DNA of 64,000 nucleotides from Legionella sp. (GTDB lineage Bacteria; Pseudomonadota; Gammaproteobacteria; Legionellales; Legionellaceae): NCBI GenBank assembly GCA_017306715.1, contig JAFKHV010000017.1, positions 5,220 to 69,219 of the forward strand, read 5' to 3'. Shown piece by piece: positions 59,780 to 64,000 of this stretch (position 1 is its first letter; each line of letters starts with the position of its first letter). The notes under the pieces were generated by a model. It saw only the letters and a program-made list of their open reading frames with translations, ran no database searches and was not told where the DNA came from. The position numbers and the translations under genes were made by a program.

Positions 59780-60799
59780 TTAAACGCCTGATCGTGGTGT
59801 GGAGGGGAGACTCTCCGTAAATTCCTCAAATCGTTTATTTAAATCTTTGAAGAGGCTATTGGAACGTGGGCGAAAGGTCAAAGTTTTTTTGGTGTCGCGT
59901 CGAAAAATTAATGAAGTTGGTTCTTCTTGTTTTATTGAAATGTCTGGTCGGGGTGCAACCTCTAAAGTGCTGTTGTTTTCACGTGCTGCCTTATGTTTTA
60001 TCTCTTCCAATTTCATACAATAGGGGATGGACAAATTATATTCTTTACAAGTGGTTATCATGTTTAAGATTTTCGTTTTAACTTTTGTTTCGCTGTTACG
60101 TAATTTTTTTTCGGCATTACCTTCGACAATAACGTTTAAGTTCTCTTGTAAATGCTGAATGTATTGGATTTTACGTACCATTATCGGGATGGGAACAATG
60201 TCCCTACTGCATTTGTGCTTTTGCAGATATTGATTTAATTTGCTAAAGGGCGGGGTCATCAATTTGCTTAAGTAATTATATTGCTCTTCAATACTCTTGG
60301 GCATCGCATCGACATAAACTTCTGTTTTAAGTGGTGCTAGTGCAAATAAAATAATACTGCATGCATCATAATTTTTATGTTTGAAGAGGTAGTTTGCAAC
60401 AGTAATTAAGCGTCTGAATGCATGGGTTTGCGAATCACGCGAATTATGGTTTGTGATCATTGATTTAATGTAAAACTCAAGTGTATCTCGGGTTTCAATG
60501 TATTTTTTTTGCTTTTCAGTAGCCTCGCACTTGGATTCGAATCCTTTTACATTCATAAAGTCAACCGTACTCATTTGACCTATTGCATTACGCGTAATTG
60601 AATCCAGAAAATGTATGAGCCGAGTGGTTATTTTTTCTTCAAGATGGACGTAAGCTAATTGTGCTCTTTTACTATGACGAATTGCTTTTTGTATTTTTTC
60701 GTCTGCCATTAAGGCATCCAATGCACAAGGTGAATGATGATTTTTGACCTGCGGATTTTGTTCTAACTGCTCCTGGAAATAATCCCACCACTTGGACAT
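59780..60799 (-). CDS. Hypothetical protein with RasGEF (CDC25-homology)-like core, candidate eukaryotic-like effector
   Basis: THAFRRLITVANYLFKHKNYDACSIILFALAPLK...MPKSIEEQYNYLSKLMTPPFSKLNQYLQKH...VPIPIMVRKIQYI follows the RasGEF consensus layout (R..vi..fi.vA..l...nNf.s..aI..aL...... then l..L..l.....N...yR..l then iPflg). Ser/Thr/Pro-rich tail with an EEFTE block. Confidence 0.5.
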   Translation of the reverse strand: MSKWWDYFQEQLEQNPQVKNHHSPCALDALMADEKIQKAIRHSKRAQLAYVHLEEKITTRLIHFLDSITRNAIGQMSTVDFMNVKGFESKCEATEKQKKYIETRDTLEFYIKSMITNHNSRDSQTHAFRRLITVANYLFKHKNYDACSIILFALAPLKTEVYVDAMPKSIEEQYNYLSKLMTPPFSKLNQYLQKHKCSRDIVPIPIMVRKIQYIQHLQENLNVIVEGNAEKKLRNSETKVKTKILNMITTCKEYNLSIPYCMKLEEIKHKAARENNSTLEVAPRPDISIKQEEPTSLIFRRDTKKTLTFRPRSNSLFKDLNKRFEEFTESLPSTPRSGV

Positions 60800-61000
60800 A
60801 TCGATTCTCTAAAATTTTGCTTTTATATATCGTATGTTTTAACTCCACAATTGTCAAAAAAGCTTTAAATTTCAGCAGATAAGTAAATTTTTAGGTCATA
60901 AGTTGCTTTTTTGGCGGCAGTATGTGTATATTGAAATCAAGCAATGGAGACCTTCTGCTATAATTACACGAACAGGATAGAAAGAAACCAGGAGGTATTT

Positions 61001-61177
61001 ATGGCCAAGTATAGTAAAGGCGCGCAGAAAGAGGTTGCCAAAGAGATGCGTGAATTTAAAAAAGGTGAAGCGCATATTGGTAAAAGTAATAAAAAAGTTA
61101 AAAGTAAGCAACAAGCAGTGGCTATAGGTTTATCTAAAGCGCGTGCGAAAGGGGAAAAAGTTCCCAAGAAGAAGTAG
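61001..61177 (+). CDS. Small conserved basic protein (MAKYSKGA... family, function unknown)
   Basis: The ATG at 61001 follows AGGAGG. MAKYSKGAQKEVAKEMREFKKGEAHIGKSNKKVKSKQQAVAIGLSKARAKGEKVPKKK matches a widespread small protein family I recall. Confidence 0.6.
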   Translation: MAKYSKGAQKEVAKEMREFKKGEAHIGKSNKKVKSKQQAVAIGLSKARAKGEKVPKKK

Positions 61178-61240
61178 ACATATGCCTGTGGCATTACCAC
61201 AGGCATCTTATTCATAGCGTAGGATGTCCGGAAAATTTAA

Positions 61241-64000
61241 GTGAATCATGAACTAGAATGGGCTCATCCCTTAATTCAAAAATGGTTTTATTCAAGACTA
61301 GGTATGCCTACTGAACCCCAAATTCAGGGCTGGCCTCACATTCTTGCGGGTAAAAATACCTTAATCTCGGCACCAACTGGCTCAGGGAAGACGCTCACGG
61401 CGTTTCTCATATGCTTGGATCAGTTAGTACGCCAAGCGCTCGCTTTTAATTTACCGCAAACGGAAGTGTTGTATATTTCTCCGCTAAAAGCTCTCGGCAA
61501 TGATGTGCGAAAAAACTTATTAACGCCCCTTGCTGAAATCAAAGAACTTGCGCTCGAGCAAGGATTACCGATGGCAGATATCGAGGTGGTGGTGCGCTCA
61601 GGAGATACGCCTGCTAAAGAGCGTCAAGCCATGCTTAAAAAGCCCCCGCATATTTTGGTGACCACTCCAGAAACCTTGTACATATTACTCACCGCCGATA
61701 AAAGTCGTGAGATTTTAAAAACGATTCATACCGTAATTATTGATGAGATTCACGCGCTTGCAGATGATAAACGTGGTGCTCATTTAACACTTTCTTTAGA
61801 GCGACTCGAAGCGTTATTAGAAAAGCCACCGTTGCGCATTGGTTTATCTGCAACGCAAAAACCCTTGGACGTGATGGGACATTTTCTTGTGGGTAATGGC
61901 CGCCCATTGCCTGAACTTATCGACATTGGTCATGCGCGAAATTTGGAGCTTGCAGTTGAAGTTCCGCAAAGTGAGTTAGGTGCCGTAGCATCCAATCAAG
62001 CTTGGGAAGAAATCTACGATCGTTTAGCTGAATTTAGTGCTGCGAATCGTTCAACGCTTATTTTTGCCAATACACGACGGGTTGCCGAGCGGGTTGCCCA
62101 CCACCTTGCAGAGCGTTTAGGTAAAGATCAAGTACTCGCACACCATGGCAGTTTAGCTAAAAAACTACGTTTAGTGGCGGAAGATAAATTAAAAAATGGT
62201 GAGCTTAAAGCACTGGTGGCGACTGCTTCATTAGAGCTGGGTATTGATATTGGAAGCGTTGATTTAGTCTGTCAGTTAGGCTCGCCACGCTCTATTGCCG
62301 TGATGTTACAGCGCGCGGGGAGGGCCGGGCATTGGCATGGTGCAATTTCTAAAGCACGAATTTTTGCCACTACGCGGGATGAGTTAGTTGAATGCGCCGC
62401 CTTAGTGCAATCCATTCTTGAGGGCGATTTAGATAAATTAATCATTCCCCAGCAACCCATGGACATCCTCACCCAACAGATAGTTGCCGCCTGTGCGGCC
62501 CAAGACTGGGAAGTTGATGCCCTGTATCAATTAGTTTGCCGTGCATTTCACTATCAAAATTTATCACGTGAAGAGTTTGATGAAGTAATCGAGATGTTAG
62601 CCGAAGGAATTGCAGGTGCTCGCGGCCGCTATAGTGCGTACTTATTCTATGATCGCACCTTAGGCGTGGTTAAGGCACGCCGAGGGAGTCGCTTAGCCGC
62701 AATTACTAGCGGCGGGGCGATTCCTGAGACGGGTTTATTTACGGTGAAAACGCTTGAGCCTGAGGCAACGGTCGGGACGCTCGATGAAGATTTTGCCATT
62801 GATAGTCATCAAGGGGATGTCATTCTCCTGGGGAGTACTTCCTGGCGCATTAAGCGCATTGATGCAACGCGTGGTCAAGTCACTGTTGAAGATGCGCACG
62901 GCGCGCCACCTACGGTTCCCTTTTGGCGTGGTGAGGCCCCCGAGCGTACTGCTGAGCTATCACAAAGTATTTCACGATTACGTGAAACCGTGATTGCACA
63001 GCTGGGTTCTGGGGGGGATGAAGAACGAGAACAGGTGCGAGAATGGCTCATCAATCATTGCCATGTAACGACTTTTGCGGCAACACAAATTATTAATTAC
63101 CTGCTCGAAGGGCATACTTTATTAGGTGCTGTGCCCACGCATGAATGTATCATAGCTGAGCGCTTTTTCGATGAATCGGGTGGTATGCAACTGGTCATTC
63201 ATACCCCATTTGGCGCACGCTTAAATAAAGCATGGGGACTTGCTTTACGCAAATGCTTTTGCCGGTCATTTAACGTGGAGCTTCAGGCCTCAGCAACCGA
63301 TAATGGGATTAATATCGCCCTGACTGAGCAACATAGTTTTCCCTTGGCTGATGTGTTTAATTTTGTCAGTGGTGCCACAGCGAAAGAGATCGTAACCCAA
63401 GCTATTTTACAATCACCATTATTTCCCACACGCTGGCGATGGGATGCCTGCAGAGCTCTTGCTTTGTTACGCTTTCAAGGGGGGAAAAAGGTTCCGCCCC
63501 ATCTATTGCGCATGCGCTCGGATGATTTACTTGCAGCAGTATTCCCGGAAGCCGTAGCCTGCCAGGATAATTTGGGGGGTAAAAAGATTAAACTTCCTGA
63601 GCATCCGCTCATTAATGAAACCATGAAAGATGCCTTACATGAGGCTTTAAACATTGATGGCCTTCTGCAATTATTACAGCAAATGAAAGAGGGCAAGATC
63701 ACCTGTCTTGCTGTGGACACCCCCGTACCCTCAGTTTTTGCCCACGAAATTTTAAATGCCAATCCCTACGCATTTCTGGATGATGCACCTTTAGAAGAGC
63801 GGCGGGCGCGGGCGGTAGAGATGCGTCAAACTCTTCCCCTTGAGCTTGTTAAAGAGTTAGGAACTCTTGATACAGAAATGATTGATGAAGTACGACGTCA
63901 GGCCTGGCCTGATATTCGTAGTGCGGATGAATTGCATGATGTCCTGCAAAGTATTATCGCGCTCCCACTTCAGGAGCATAATCTTCTGCCTAATCTTAAG
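61241..64000 (+). CDS. lhr: Lhr-type DEAD/DEAH-box ATP-dependent helicase (3' end beyond window)
   Basis: Absent from the ORF track because there is no stop in the window. Manual translation from the GTG at 61241, which follows an in-frame TAA, gives MNHELEWAHPLIQKWFYSRLGMPTEPQIQGWPHILAGKNTLISAPTGSGKT. Downstream motifs are VIIDEIHALADDKRGAHL, LIFANTRR and LGIDIG...QRAGRAGH. Confidence 0.9.
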   Translation, partial: MNHELEWAHPLIQKWFYSRLGMPTEPQIQGWPHILAGKNTLISAPTGSGKTLTAFLICLDQLVRQALAFNLPQTEVLYISPLKALGNDVRKNLLTPLAEIKELALEQGLPMADIEVVVRSGDTPAKERQAMLKKPPHILVTTPETLYILLTADKSREILKTIHTVIIDEIHALADDKRGAHLTLSLERLEALLEKPPLRIGLSATQKPLDVMGHFLVGNGRPLPELIDIGHARNLELAVEVPQSELGAVASNQAWEEIYDRLAEFSAANRSTLIFANTRRVAERVAHHLAERLGKDQVLAHHGSLAKKLRLVAEDKLKNGELKALVATASLELGIDIGSVDLVCQLGSPRSIAVMLQRAGRAGHWHGAISKARIFATTRDELVECAALVQSILEGDLDKLIIPQQPMDILTQQIVAACAAQDWEVDALYQLVCRAFHYQNLSREEFDEVIEMLAEGIAGARGRYSAYLFYDRTLGVVKARRGSRLAAITSGGAIPETGLFTVKTLEPEATVGTLDEDFAIDSHQGDVILLGSTSWRIKRIDATRGQVTVEDAHGAPPTVPFWRGEAPERTAELSQSISRLRETVIAQLGSGGDEEREQVREWLINHCHVTTFAATQIINYLLEGHTLLGAVPTHECIIAERFFDESGGMQLVIHTPFGARLNKAWGLALRKCFCRSFNVELQASATDNGINIALTEQHSFPLADVFNFVSGATAKEIVTQAILQSPLFPTRWRWDACRALALLRFQGGKKVPPHLLRMRSDDLLAAVFPEAVACQDNLGGKKIKLPEHPLINETMKDALHEALNIDGLLQLLQQMKEGKITCLAVDTPVPSVFAHEILNANPYAFLDDAPLEERRARAVEMRQTLPLELVKELGTLDTEMIDEVRRQAWPDIRSADELHDVLQSIIALPLQEHNLLPNLK

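Overview
This 64 kb window looks like chromosomal DNA from a Legionella-like gammaproteobacterium. That call is an inference from gene content, AT-rich accessory genes and several eukaryotic-like domains. I could not run any similarity search, so all calls rest on motifs I recognise in the supplied translations and on reading the DNA.

The window is a mosaic. Well-conserved housekeeping blocks:
- cpxR-like regulator, then corC-ybeY-phoH
- trpH-yciO-trpS-scpA-scpB-rluB
- mltD-gloB-rlmJ and folD
- truA-trpF-trpB-trpA-glnS-cysS
- aldo/keto reductase, permease, acnA and fliK
- fmdB-DUF502-aspS-mscK-mutH
- yfcH, tdk, qor and lhr

These blocks are interrupted by visibly more AT-rich accessory genes with no housekeeping counterpart.

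The most system-like candidate is a tightly packed minus-strand operon at 18110-23104. It encodes a beta-barrel outer-membrane protein, a signal-peptide protein with three Ig-like Cys-pair repeats plus a thaumatin-like domain, and a fusion of a ferritin-like di-iron domain with a 2-oxoacid-dehydrogenase-type acyltransferase domain.

A second hotspot (29950-36848) encodes putative translocated eukaryotic-like proteins:
- a protein ending in a polybasic CaaX box (KRKCTVS)
- an F-box/ankyrin protein
- a 1310-aa SF1-helicase-like/ankyrin protein

Other oddities:
- a RasGEF-like protein
- an exported 8-Cys mini-protein
- a Met/Ser/His-rich phasin-like protein
- two large orphan proteins
- a probably frameshifted methyltransferase

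I saw no rRNA, tRNA, CRISPR array, transposase or integrase.
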